Shown: one piece after another, positions 1 through 9,195 of the stretch
How positions within the stretch are numbered: position 1 is the stretch's first letter
Layout of the letters: each line of letters opens with the position of its first letter
Assembly: GCA_033762115.1 (NCBI GenBank)
Contig: JANRLX010000009.1
Location: 1 to 37,801 of the forward strand
Direction: 5' to 3'
Length of the DNA stretch: 37,801 nucleotides
DNA from: Verrucomicrobiota bacterium
GTDB lineage: Bacteria; Verrucomicrobiota; Verrucomicrobiia; Limisphaerales; SXQI01
Made by a program: the position numbers and the translations under genes
Notes under the pieces: generated by a model
Database searches by the model: none
What the model saw: only the letters and a program-made list of their open reading frames with translations
What the model was told of the DNA's origin: nothing

Positions 1-138
1 TTCCTTTTGAGTGTGATAGAGCCCTGGATCGACTGCATCACCGCCATCGCCACATCGAATCAACTCCGGCGTCGCGCAATTTTCCGGCGCGCCGCAAATC
101 TCAGCCGGCTCGAAAATGCCGTTTCTTCAACAGGCTGA
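1..138 (+). CDS. Possible 3' end of a gene running in from the left edge (unidentified)
   Basis: Frame +1 is open from base 1 to TGA at 136-138 (FLLSVIEPWIDC...RLENAVSSTG*), on the same strand as waaA. No recognisable motif. Confidence 0.25.
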   Translation, partial: FLLSVIEPWIDCITAIATSNQLRRRAIFRRAANLSRLENAVSSTG

Positions 139-247
139 TAGCTCGCGATTTCATCGGTCCAATCCGATCTTTCTTTTCTTACAGATTTAGAATCCTTTAC
201 AATGATTTGATGGGGTAAATATATTGTCTCTGCTCTGAGGGGTCCTG

Positions 248-1579
248 ATGCGCTTTCTCTACAATATTTTGTTCACGTTTTTTTTCCTGATCGCCTCCCC
301 TCATTATTTTCTGCGGATGTGGCGTCGGGGTAACTGGAGGGAAGGGTTCGGGCAACGCTTCGCTCAATATGATGCCAAACTGAAAATGGCACTGACGAAT
401 CGTCATGTCCTCTGGATTCATGCAGTCAGTGTTGGGGAGGTTAACATTGCCACACACCTGATTCGCGCGCTGGAGCTCAGGGCGCCAAACCTCAAAATTG
501 TAGTTTCCACCACAACTTCAACCGGCATGGGGGAACTTAGAAGAAAACTGCCGTCTCACATTGCGAAGATCTATTATCCCATTGATCGCCGCAAGTTCGC
601 CAGCCGAGCGTTGAGGGTGATCAATCCGGATGCCATTGTGCTCGTGGAAGCAGAGATCTGGCCCAATTTTCTCTGGCTTGCGCGAGATCGCCGCATCCCG
701 GTCGTGCTTGTCAATGCCCGTTTATCACCACGGTCTTATCGCGGGTATCGGTTATTCGGCGTTCTGTTCCGAAAGGTTTTTCATTCCTTTGCAGCGGTGG
801 GAGTGCAAAATGATGCAGACGCAGCAAAACTCATTGCTCTCGGCTGCCGTCCGGAAGCCGTTCACGTTGTGGGCAATCTCAAGTTCGACGCTGCACGGAT
901 CGAAGAACGGCCTGCCATGAACAGCAGGGTTCTCCTGCGGCAACTTGGAGTGGCGGACGATGCGCCTGTTATCGTGGCTGGAAGTACTCACGCGGGAGAG
1001 GAAGTTCTGCTGGCGCGGGTTGCTGAGCGTCTGAGACGAAGGTTTCCCAACCTGTTTCTCGTATTGGTGCCTCGTCATTTTGAGCGGGGCAATGAAGTGG
1101 GCAAACAGCTTGATTCAATGGGGGTTAAATTCGTGTTCCGAACTGAAATCAGCGCCTCTACCTTGATTGAAGCAGGAAAAACACAATGCCTGCTGGTCAA
1201 TACCACGGGAGAGCTGGTTTACTTTTATGAAGTGGCTTCAGCCATTTTTGTAGGAAAAAGCCTGACTGCTGAGGGGGGGCAGAATCCCATTGAACCCGGT
1301 GTTCTTGGCAAACCGATGGTTTTTGGACCCCACATGGAAAACTTCCAGGCAATTACCGAGGCGCTCCTCGAAGGAAAGGGTGCGATTCAGGTAAATGACG
1401 AAGCGGGATTGGAGAAAGCTTTTGAATCACTTCTTTCCGATGAGCAAGCAGCGAATGAATTGGGACGAAATGCCCAGCAAGTCATCAAAAAAAATCAGGG
1501 ATCGATCGAGCGCACAGTCAATCTGGTATTGAATCAGCTGAATGCTGAAGAAATCTATATCCGTAATCCAACCAGCTGA
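248..1579 (+). CDS. waaA: 3-deoxy-D-manno-octulosonic acid (Kdo) transferase
   Basis: Motifs WIHAVSVGE, STTTSTG, EAEIWPN, NARLS, GNLKFD, GSTHAGEE, LVPRHFER and GGQNPIEP are typical of KdtA/WaaA. N-terminal membrane anchor present. Confidence 0.95.
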   Translation: MRFLYNILFTFFFLIASPHYFLRMWRRGNWREGFGQRFAQYDAKLKMALTNRHVLWIHAVSVGEVNIATHLIRALELRAPNLKIVVSTTTSTGMGELRRKLPSHIAKIYYPIDRRKFASRALRVINPDAIVLVEAEIWPNFLWLARDRRIPVVLVNARLSPRSYRGYRLFGVLFRKVFHSFAAVGVQNDADAAKLIALGCRPEAVHVVGNLKFDAARIEERPAMNSRVLLRQLGVADDAPVIVAGSTHAGEEVLLARVAERLRRRFPNLFLVLVPRHFERGNEVGKQLDSMGVKFVFRTEISASTLIEAGKTQCLLVNTTGELVYFYEVASAIFVGKSLTAEGGQNPIEPGVLGKPMVFGPHMENFQAITEALLEGKGAIQVNDEAGLEKAFESLLSDEQAANELGRNAQQVIKKNQGSIERTVNLVLNQLNAEEIYIRNPTS

Positions 1580-1641
1580 CCCCTGTGCATAGCAAAAACC
1601 ACTTTCGCTCACTTAAATATCTGATTTACTAGCAGGGCCTT

Positions 1642-2631
1642 ATGAACACCGGCGTCAAATTAACGCTTTATGTGGTCCTGTCTCTCCTGCTGTTGATCTC
1701 CGGGTATTTCTTTTTTGCAGGATTTAAACAGGCAATGACCCGCAATGAAGCCAAAAATTCCACTCTCGAAGAAGTCGAACCTGCTCCAGTTTCAACCGAA
1801 ATGGCCGTCACTAATCTGGTGGAAACAAATGCTCCAGTCTCCACAGCTAAGGTTAGCAACATCGTAGAAACAAATCTGCCTTTTGCCCTGACCAATGCCG
1901 CTGCCGTCACGGTCTCGAGTAACAGCAAAGCCTCACAGCCAGTGATAGTGCAAACCAACATGGAGCCAAAAGTTCCAAACGCCCTGGGAGGAACCGAATC
2001 GCCAGGAGTGGAGAAAAAGAAAAGCAGTTCAATGGGGCTATGGACGGGGCTGTTTTTGCTCTCAGTAATCGGCTTGGGGATCATGATAGCACTTGATCTC
2101 TCCAATTTCTTTGGGAATCGGGCTCTTAAAGTGATCTACAACGATGATTTGGAAGGGATCAAGGACCCGGAATATGAGCAGGCGGAGGAGGTTTGGACAA
2201 ATGGGAACCATCTCGAAGCTATTCGCCTGATGCGTGAGTATTTAAACAAAAATCCTCGCGAACAGCATGTGGCCCTCCGAATAGCTGAGATTTACGAGAA
2301 GGATTTGAATAATTACCTCGCTGCCGCATTGGAGTATGAAGAAGTGCTAAAGAAAAAACTTCCGGCTGAACGGTGGGGATGGGCAGCGATCCACCTGTGC
2401 AATCTTTATTTCAAAATCAACCAGGAGCAGAAGGCTTTTGCATTGCTTCGACGAATTGAAAAGGAATATCCAAACACCGCAGCGGCGGAAAAAGCACGAA
2501 AACGTCTCTCTGATATAGAAGCAGAGAACCCAGGATCACTTCCTCCAGCAGAGGAAGATTCGAGCACCTCTTCCAGCGCTCCAGAGGAACCAAAATCGAA
2601 CTTACCCCCTGGCTTTCGAAAAAAGAAATAG
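1642..2631 (+). CDS. Two-TM membrane protein with a Thr/Asn/Ser-rich loop and a C-terminal TPR-like module
   Basis: Hydrophobic segments at about aa 6-27 and 131-152, a low-complexity linker between them, then helical TPR-like repeats ending in EKEYPNTAAAEKARKRL. Confidence 0.7.
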   Translation: MNTGVKLTLYVVLSLLLLISGYFFFAGFKQAMTRNEAKNSTLEEVEPAPVSTEMAVTNLVETNAPVSTAKVSNIVETNLPFALTNAAAVTVSSNSKASQPVIVQTNMEPKVPNALGGTESPGVEKKKSSSMGLWTGLFLLSVIGLGIMIALDLSNFFGNRALKVIYNDDLEGIKDPEYEQAEEVWTNGNHLEAIRLMREYLNKNPREQHVALRIAEIYEKDLNNYLAAALEYEEVLKKKLPAERWGWAAIHLCNLYFKINQEQKAFALLRRIEKEYPNTAAAEKARKRLSDIEAENPGSLPPAEEDSSTSSSAPEEPKSNLPPGFRKKK

Positions 2632-2640
2632 GAAAAACTG

Positions 2641-2677
2641 TTGCGGGCGCTTCGGGAACAGTGAATATTAGCGCCCC
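2641..2677 (+). promoter_or_regulatory. Putative sigma-70 promoter of tRNA-Pro with GC-rich discriminator
   Basis: TTGCGG-N17-AATATT followed by AGCGCCCC just before the tRNA, an arrangement typical of stable-RNA promoters. Confidence 0.5.
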
Positions 2678-2682
2678 TTCGT

Positions 2683-2759
2683 CGGAGCGTAGCTCAGCCT
2701 GGTAGAGCACTTGGTTTGGGACCAAGACGTCGCAGGTTCGAATCCTGTCGCTCCGACCA
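2683..2759 (+). tRNA. tRNA-Pro (anticodon TGG)
   Basis: Acceptor stem CGGAGCG/CGCTCCG, D arm GCTCAGCCTGGTAGAGC, anticodon arm CTTGG-TTTGGGA-CCAAG, T loop GGTTCGAATCC, encoded CCA end; 77 nt. Confidence 0.97.
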
Positions 2760-2786
2760 TTTTCCTTCCAGAATTACCGCTTCAAT

Positions 2787-2906
2787 TTATTTGGTGGGCA
2801 CCCAGCCTCTGCCGGGAATGAATTCCCGCGACCCGGAATTGCTTTGGCAACCGGTAACTCCGATTAAGAACGCGACCGTTATCAGCAGCAATAAATACTT
2901 CAGCAT
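2787..2906 (-). CDS. Small (39 aa) lipoprotein, below the ORF-track size cutoff
   Basis: Translates to MLKYLLLLITVAFLIGVTGCQSNSGSREFIPGRGWVPTK*: Lys n-region, hydrophobic core, lipobox VTG-C. Upstream TTGCCG-N16-TAGATT-N6-ATG. Confidence 0.75.
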   Translation of the reverse strand: MLKYLLLLITVAFLIGVTGCQSNSGSREFIPGRGWVPTK

Positions 2907-2968
2907 GAAAAGAATCTAATCCGGATTGTCAGGGCGGCAAGCTTGTAGCAGATTACCGGTGGTGGTGT

Positions 2969-3529
2969 ATGGGCACGACTTTCAAGTCATTAAAAGGCCA
3001 ATTGCTTCTGGACAGCGGCCAGCTTCGCGGATCATTTTTCAATCGTTCGGTCGTTTTGATCTGCCACCATGATGAAGAGGGAGCGTTCGGGCTGGTTCTC
3101 AATAATGAAAGTGAAGCCACACTGGGTGAAGTCATTCCGGAGGAAGCGCCTGAAAGCTTAAAGGAAAATGCGATCTTTCTTGGCGGCCCTGTCCAGACCA
3201 ATACATTAAGTTATCTGCACACCTCGGAGTATCTGCTTTCCGGCAATGTGCTGCCGAATCTTAGCATTGGCCATTCGATGGAAGGTTTAAACGATTTGGG
3301 CGGGGCTTATTCAACGACGCAAAAAATCAGGCTTTTCGCTGGATATTCCGGATGGTCTGCGGGACAGCTAGAAACTGAAATGGAACGAAAGGCATGGCTT
3401 ACTCACCCCGCGACCCTGGACCTTGTCTTTACCGCTCATCCGACAAAGCTTTGGCAAACGGTTCTTCATGAAATGGGCTGGCGTTACAAGCTTCTGGCCA
3501 CCGCTCCTGATGATCTCTCATCAAATTGA
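2969..3529 (+). CDS. yqgE: YqgE/AlgH family protein
   Basis: Motifs [39 protein letters not shown] and the terminal PDDLSSN. Confidence 0.9.
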   Translation: MGTTFKSLKGQLLLDSGQLRGSFFNRSVVLICHHDEEGAFGLVLNNESEATLGEVIPEEAPESLKENAIFLGGPVQTNTLSYLHTSEYLLSGNVLPNLSIGHSMEGLNDLGGAYSTTQKIRLFAGYSGWSAGQLETEMERKAWLTHPATLDLVFTAHPTKLWQTVLHEMGWRYKLLATAPDDLSSN

Positions 3530-5560
3530 AGAAGAGGCTTTACGTCCCTTGCGACCGCGCGGTTTTTGATAGCTAATCCTGCCCGGTTCATTCTGGACGT
3601 TCCCTGTGTGCTTTTTAAGCTCACGGATTTGATCCCGCAACAAGGCAGCTTTTTCGAACTCCAGGTTATTTGCAGCCTGGACCATTTCCTCTTCCAACTC
3701 CCTTAAGGTTTCGGTGACATCAAAGCTACCTCCGGCATCGTTGATGACAGAAGCGGCTTTGCCGTCATTCTTACGAATGGCCAGACTATCCTCGATGGCT
3801 CGATGAACACTCCTGGGAGTGATGCCGTGCTCTTGATTGTAAGCAATCTGCCGTTGCCGCCGGTAATCTGAAACTGCAAGAAACTTTTGAATGCTCTGAG
3901 TCATGATATCCGCATAAAGGATGACTTCGCCATTCAGGTGACGCGCGGCGCGACCAGCAGTTTGAATCAAGCTTGTCGCAGAACGAAGATAACCTTCTTT
4001 ATCTGCATCGAGAATTGCCACCAGGGAAACTTCAGGCAAATCCAGACCTTCACGAAGCAGGTTGATCCCAACCAGCACATCAAACTCGCCCTTGCGCAAT
4101 GACCGCAGAATTTCTACCCGCTCTATGGCATCAATTTCACTGTGCAGATAACGAACATTGATCCCGATATCGCGCAGGTAATCCGTTAATTCTTCAGCCG
4201 TGCGCTTGGTCAATGTGGTGACAAGCACCCGTTCCTTGATATCCACCCGCTTGCGGGCTTCGTTGATCAAATCATCGATTTGCCCTTTCAGCGGTCGAAC
4301 GGTCACTTTGGGATCGATCAGGCCTGTGGGACGGACAATTTGTTCCACCACCCTGCCCTTGGACCATTCCAGTTCCAAAGGCCCCGGGGTTGCACTGACA
4401 TAGAGAGTCTGCCCCTGAGTTGCCTGGAATTCTTCAAAATTGAGAGGACGATTATCCATCGCGCTGGGCAATCGAAATCCATGCTCGACCAGAACCGTTT
4501 TACGGGCGCGATCCCCCGCGAACATGCCACCAATCTGCGGAAGGGTGGCGTGGCTTTCATCGATCACAAGAAAATAGTCATCAGGAAAAAAATCGAACAA
4601 TGTATAAGGACGCGAGCCTGGAGGCCGACCACTCAGATGCCGGGAATAATTCTCGATTCCTGAACAGAATCCCATTTCGAGCATCATCTCCAAATCGTAC
4701 TCCGTGCGCATTTTAATTCGTTGCGCTTCGAGCAACTTCCCCTGTGCTTCAAACCAGGCAATCCGCTCTGTCAACTCAGCACGAATGGCGAGGGTGGCGC
4801 GCTTGAGCTTGTCCTGTGGGGTGGAAAATTGCTTGCTGGGATAGATCGTGGTGACGTTAAGAGTTTCAAGAGTATCACCGGTCAATGGATCGAAACGGGT
4901 GATCCGATCAATCTGGTCTCCAAAAAATTCGAACCGAAGTCCATCCTCCCTGGCAGCAGGGCGCAATTCGACAGTATCACCGCGAACGCGAAACTCACTT
5001 CGTTGGAATGCGATATCGTTCCTGGTGTATTGCAGGTCCACCAACTTGGAAAGGAATTGATCGCGCGTCATTTCCTGTCCCACTTTCAAAGGGATGATCA
5101 AAGCGGAGTAATCCTCTTTGCTCCCGATTCCGTATATGCAGGAGACACTCGCCACCACCACCACATCTCTCCTGGAAAATAGTGCGCTCATTGTGGACAG
5201 GCGCAATCTTTCGATCTCCTCGTTGATGCTTGAGTCCTTTTCGATAAAGGTATCAGTACGAGGAATGTAAGCCTCTGGTTGGTAATAATCGAAATAGCTG
5301 ACAAAGTACTCGACGGAATTGTGGGGGAAGAATGTTTTAAATTCCGAGTATAACTGGGCGGCCAAAGTTTTATTGTGCGAGATAACCAGGGTCGGACGGT
5401 TGATGCTCTTGATGACGTTGGCAATGGAAAAAGTTTTTCCCGATCCGGTGACTCCCAACAACACCTGGTGCGGAGCATTACTGCGTATTCCTTCTACGAG
5501 AGACGCAATTGCTTTTGGCTGGTCTCCGGCAGGTTGATAAGGTGACACCAATTCGAACAT
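3521..5560 (-). CDS. uvrB: Excinuclease ABC subunit B
   Basis: [15 protein letters not shown], Walker [47 protein letters not shown] and C-terminal UVR domain [11 protein letters not shown]. Start placed at the ATG at 5560. Confidence 0.98.
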   Translation of the reverse strand: MFELVSPYQPAGDQPKAIASLVEGIRSNAPHQVLLGVTGSGKTFSIANVIKSINRPTLVISHNKTLAAQLYSEFKTFFPHNSVEYFVSYFDYYQPEAYIPRTDTFIEKDSSINEEIERLRLSTMSALFSRRDVVVVASVSCIYGIGSKEDYSALIIPLKVGQEMTRDQFLSKLVDLQYTRNDIAFQRSEFRVRGDTVELRPAAREDGLRFEFFGDQIDRITRFDPLTGDTLETLNVTTIYPSKQFSTPQDKLKRATLAIRAELTERIAWFEAQGKLLEAQRIKMRTEYDLEMMLEMGFCSGIENYSRHLSGRPPGSRPYTLFDFFPDDYFLVIDESHATLPQIGGMFAGDRARKTVLVEHGFRLPSAMDNRPLNFEEFQATQGQTLYVSATPGPLELEWSKGRVVEQIVRPTGLIDPKVTVRPLKGQIDDLINEARKRVDIKERVLVTTLTKRTAEELTDYLRDIGINVRYLHSEIDAIERVEILRSLRKGEFDVLVGINLLREGLDLPEVSLVAILDADKEGYLRSATSLIQTAGRAARHLNGEVILYADIMTQSIQKFLAVSDYRRQRQIAYNQEHGITPRSVHRAIEDSLAIRKNDGKAASVINDAGGSFDVTETLRELEEEMVQAANNLEFEKAALLRDQIRELKKHTGNVQNEPGRISYQKPRGRKGRKASSSI

Positions 5561-5567
5561 GACCCGC

Positions 5568-5596
5568 AACCTAGAAGCTGGGGGATTGGCTGTCAA
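5568..5596 (-). promoter_or_regulatory. Sigma-70-type promoter of uvrB (leaderless architecture)
   Basis: TTGACA-N17-TAGGTT, 7 nt before the ATG, with no Shine-Dalgarno sequence. Confidence 0.65.
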
Positions 5597-5802
5597 ACTC
5601 ACGGGAAGTTTCTGCGGGCTTTCAGAATCGTGGTTCCAAAATTTCTAAGGGTTTTTCCGACCAAGGCTCAGGCAACTCTCCTGAACGGGTATTTGAAGGA
5701 TAACCCAATTGAGTCCAATTGCTTTCAGAACGAGGTTGCTCCCAATAAAAGACGCAAATACGCAGGGAAATTGTTCCCAGAAGCTAAGGAGAGATTATCA
5801 AT

Positions 5803-7218
5803 ATGAAAAAAGAATCAGTTATTATCGCTGCATTAATGATGACAGGTGGAGTTGTCCAGGCGGACCACCATAAAGAAAACTCCTCAGGTGAGCGTGGTTC
5901 TCACCAAAGTGAAATTCATGGGGATTCTTCCATGATGCAGGAGAACATGAAGCAAACAACCCACCCGGAAGCTGCATCCCTTCGAACTGACTGGACTTCT
6001 CCTACAGAACGAGGGACGCATCATCAGGCACAAATGGCCAAATTACGAGCCGAAATGGAGCGAAATCCTGACATTGCAAGGGATACCTGGGGGCGTCCAT
6101 TGCATCATTTCCCCGGCCAGGACCATCTGGCTTCAGGCAGTTCAGCAGAAATGCAAACTGAATCGCGCGTCTATTATGATGAGCATGATGATCGATTAGC
6201 AGGAAGCGTTGAAACGGAAATGGATGTCGAGAGCCCTTCAGCGACAGTTCCAACTTCCACTCAACATGATCCCGCGCATGTCAGTACAGAATTTAACGCT
6301 GGGAATAATGTCCAAACCCGAATCGAAGGAACCTCGGAATCTGACGTAATGGATTCTGACGCGGCAAGTGTAAGCGGCCAACTCAACACAAGCACGCAGG
6401 AAGCGGATTCCACATTTGAGAGCGGGCGGAATTCTGATTCCACGGTTTCTTCTGGAAATAAATCATCGGCAGAAATATCGGGCTCCAACCAGGGGTTTGA
6501 TTATGAACGCAGGAGCAAGACTGACCAGGCAAACAACAATGCTCATGGACTTAACCAGGGAGCGACTACTCCGCCAGATTATAGCGCAGGTGGAACTCTC
6601 CACGGGGCTCCTGCTCCAATTGATAATGAAGCTTCGGGCGCTTCGGGTGGAGCTCAGAGTGGTTCGAGTTCCAGCCAGACGGAGCCAAATTCCAACGGGT
6701 CTGACATTAATGGCACAACTGAAATCCTGGAGTCTCAGGAACAGACTGAAGTGGCACCGGCTGATAGCTCTGTGCGTGGTGGATCAGTCGAGAGCCGTTC
6801 TGCGGTGACCCAACGTAGTAGTGCAGAGAACCCGGTCCTGAGTGGCTCAGACAAATCCAGCACCTACCAGGCAGACAGTTCAATTCGGGGAGGGTCACGC
6901 GAAGCTCGCGGAAGCAGTGATGCGATTGGAACTGCGGCAGGGAGTGAGTCCAGAAGCGCTACAAATAATACTGACCGGGAGTTGACGAGAAAAGTTCAAT
7001 CTCAACTGAGTCGCGATACTTCTGGAGTTCATGGCCCGCTGGCTTCCGAGGTACGAAATATCGAAGTCACTGCAAACCAGGGTAAAGTGACCTTGAAAGG
7101 GTCTGTCCGAAGTGAGCAGGACAAAAACATTGTTGAAACCCGAGTACGCGAAGTGCAAGGCGTTTCGTCAGTGGACAATCAATTGACAATCAGCAGCAAG
7201 GATCAACAATCCAAGTAA
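5803..7218 (+). CDS. Secreted protein with a long acidic Ser/Gly-rich disordered region and a C-terminal BON domain
   Basis: Sec signal ending VQA|D, AAGGAG RBS, and a BON signature at the C-terminus (DRELTRKV...NIEVTANQGKVTLKGSVRSEQDK...VQGVSSVDNQL). Confidence 0.85.
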   Translation: MKKESVIIAALMMTGGVVQADHHKENSSGERGSHQSEIHGDSSMMQENMKQTTHPEAASLRTDWTSPTERGTHHQAQMAKLRAEMERNPDIARDTWGRPLHHFPGQDHLASGSSAEMQTESRVYYDEHDDRLAGSVETEMDVESPSATVPTSTQHDPAHVSTEFNAGNNVQTRIEGTSESDVMDSDAASVSGQLNTSTQEADSTFESGRNSDSTVSSGNKSSAEISGSNQGFDYERRSKTDQANNNAHGLNQGATTPPDYSAGGTLHGAPAPIDNEASGASGGAQSGSSSSQTEPNSNGSDINGTTEILESQEQTEVAPADSSVRGGSVESRSAVTQRSSAENPVLSGSDKSSTYQADSSIRGGSREARGSSDAIGTAAGSESRSATNNTDRELTRKVQSQLSRDTSGVHGPLASEVRNIEVTANQGKVTLKGSVRSEQDKNIVETRVREVQGVSSVDNQLTISSKDQQSK

Positions 7219-7237
7219 TTATTTGTTGTTCGGCTAC

Positions 7238-7266
7238 AAGCTCCCATCGAAAGAGGGAGCTTTTTT
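7238..7266 (+). terminator. Rho-independent terminator of the BON-domain gene
   Basis: AAGCTCCC...GAAA...GGGAGCTT hairpin running into a T6 tract. Confidence 0.8.
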
Positions 7267-7271
7267 GCTGA

Positions 7272-8048
7272 TCAAACTTTTGGGACCAAATTAAAAAGGG
7301 TTAATTCAGGACGGCAACAGAAGCGAACATTGGCAAAAAAATAGCCGATTCCGGCGTTTACATAAAGTGGGCCTTGAGGGGTCTTGTACATGCCCATATC
7401 ATATTCACCCACTCCACTGGGAAGCAGAACAGCGCCGTAAAATGGAAGCCTGATCTGCCCCCCATGAGAATGACCAGCAAGGATAAGATCAAAGCGATGA
7501 TTCATCAATCGACCTGGCCACGCAGGATAATGGCTTAGCAAAATATTGGATTTCAAATTATCCTTTGTAAGGGCAATCGCCGGTTTGGTTACACCTGTAA
7601 CACCATGTAATTCACAGTCGTTCCAACTGGTGTTTTCGTCTTAACCATTTTCCACCCTGTTCATGAAATCGGTCTTTGATCATTTCAAAATCAACATCTG
7701 CCCAGTAATCATGATTTCCTGGAATCCCGAAAAGCGGCGCTTTAATTTTTATAAGCTGCTCAAGAGCAGGGGCCACGAAGTCCGCTTCCTCAACGAGATC
7801 GCCTGTAAAGCAAACCAAGTCAGGAGACAAACTGTTGATTCGATCGACAACTGTTGTGAGATAATCCAAATCTCCCTTGTAATGGAGATCAGTAAAATGA
7901 AGAAGCCTGATTGGTTTTGAAACGTTTGCCTCAAGAATGAATTCCCTGACTTTGATCCATTCCGGCTCCACGGCACAGGCGTTTACCACGGCAGCAGGAA
8001 CCAACCCAGGGCAGCAGCAAGAAACTTCCTGCGATTCAGCTTTTTCAT
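7272..8048 (-). pseudogene. YkuE-like calcineurin-type metallophosphoesterase with Tat signal, interrupted by two frameshifts (near 8005-8007 and 7641-7642)
   Basis: Three frames join into one protein: MKKLNRRKFLAAALG / LVPAAVVNACAVEPEWI...TDLH...FTGDL...PGNHD...GGKWL / DENTSWND...LSHYP...LAGHSHGGQI...RFCCRPE. All five MPP motifs are present. Could be sequencing error rather than a true pseudogene. Confidence 0.8.
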
Positions 8049-8176
8049 TGTTATTTGGACATTTCAAAGCTCAGGGTGTTTCAAGTTATTCCTGTCAGAC
8101 TTCGCAAACCGCTTGAATCACAGCGGAGTGCGGGTACTATTCTATCCATTCGCGCTTTCCGGTTACGCTCCTTTCA

Positions 8177-9193
8177 GTGAGTGTCCCGGTAAGAAATGAT
8201 CACAATATGCATTTAGCTGGGTCAGTTATATTAGTCACAGGTGGAACAGGGTCGTTCGGAAACCGAATTGCCACAAAGCTTTTTTCTGAGAAGCCCAGGG
8301 AAATCCGGATTTTTAGCCGTGATGAGAAAAAACAATGGGAAATGTCCAAAAGCTATCCCCATTTTCATTATATAATCGGGGACATCCGGGATCCGGAGCG
8401 CCTGAATGAAGCAATGAAAGGGGTCGATTACGTTTTCCATGCAGCGGCACTCAAGCAGGTTCCATCGTGTGAAACTTATCCTTATGAAGCGGTCAAAACG
8501 AACGTGGTCGGCTCCTATAATGCCTGCCTCGCTGCCAAGGCAAACAAGGTAAAAACGTTTGTCGCTTTGAGCACCGACAAAGCTGTGAAACCGGTGAATG
8601 CGATGGGAACAAGCAAAGCAATGATGGAGAAAATTGTTTGCACACAGAATCAATTCGGTGGAGAAACGATTTTTTGCTGTGTAAGGTATGGCAATGTGAT
8701 GGGAAGCCGCGGCTCTGTTATCCCGCTTTTTCAAAAACAGATCGCTGAGGATCGTCCCCTGACGATAACAGTTCCTCACATGACCCGATTTTTGATGACT
8801 CTGGATCATTCGGTCAGTCTTGTGCTCCATGCCATGACCAAATCCAAAGGAGGAGAGATTTTTGTTCGCAAAGCTCCTGCATGCACAGTCGAAGCTTTAG
8901 CCGGAGCGATGCGGTTAAAATATAGTCCTCGTAAAGAGAAACACCCGATAGAAATTACCGGAATCAGGCCTGGGGAAAAAATTCACGAAATCCTCGTGAG
9001 TGAATATGAAATGCAGCGATGCACGGAATTAAATGAATATTTTACTATCCATCCTGAATACAACATTCCGGACAGCCTGACACCTCAAACGCTCGGCTCT
9101 GAGTACAGTTCCCAAAACACAAGGCAGATGACAACCACCGAGGAGATTGGTGCATTGCTTGATGAGATGGGCAACTTGCATCAGCTCACCTAA
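8177..9193 (+). CDS. fnlA: UDP-GlcNAc 4,6-dehydratase/5-epimerase, FnlA/CapE/WbjB type
   Basis: VTGGTGSFG, FSRDEKKQ, HAAALKQVPSCE, LSTDKAVKPVNAMGTSKA, RYGNVMGSRGSVIP, MTRF and GIRPGEKIHE. Alternative start is the ATG at 8207. Confidence 0.88.
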   Translation: MSVPVRNDHNMHLAGSVILVTGGTGSFGNRIATKLFSEKPREIRIFSRDEKKQWEMSKSYPHFHYIIGDIRDPERLNEAMKGVDYVFHAAALKQVPSCETYPYEAVKTNVVGSYNACLAAKANKVKTFVALSTDKAVKPVNAMGTSKAMMEKIVCTQNQFGGETIFCCVRYGNVMGSRGSVIPLFQKQIAEDRPLTITVPHMTRFLMTLDHSVSLVLHAMTKSKGGEIFVRKAPACTVEALAGAMRLKYSPRKEKHPIEITGIRPGEKIHEILVSEYEMQRCTELNEYFTIHPEYNIPDSLTPQTLGSEYSSQNTRQMTTTEEIGALLDEMGNLHQLT

Positions 9194-9195
9194 AC

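Noticed and set aside
2683..3529. tRNA-Pro as an integration site for an island
   Set aside because: No integrase nearby and no duplicate of the tRNA 3' end seen beyond an 8-nt match (TCCGACCA near 5656). Flanking genes are core genes.
5770..5785. Possible LexA box near uvrB (TGTTCCCAGAAGC)
   Set aside because: It does not fit the TGTTC-N4-GAACA spacing or second half-site, and lies about 200 bp from the uvrB start.
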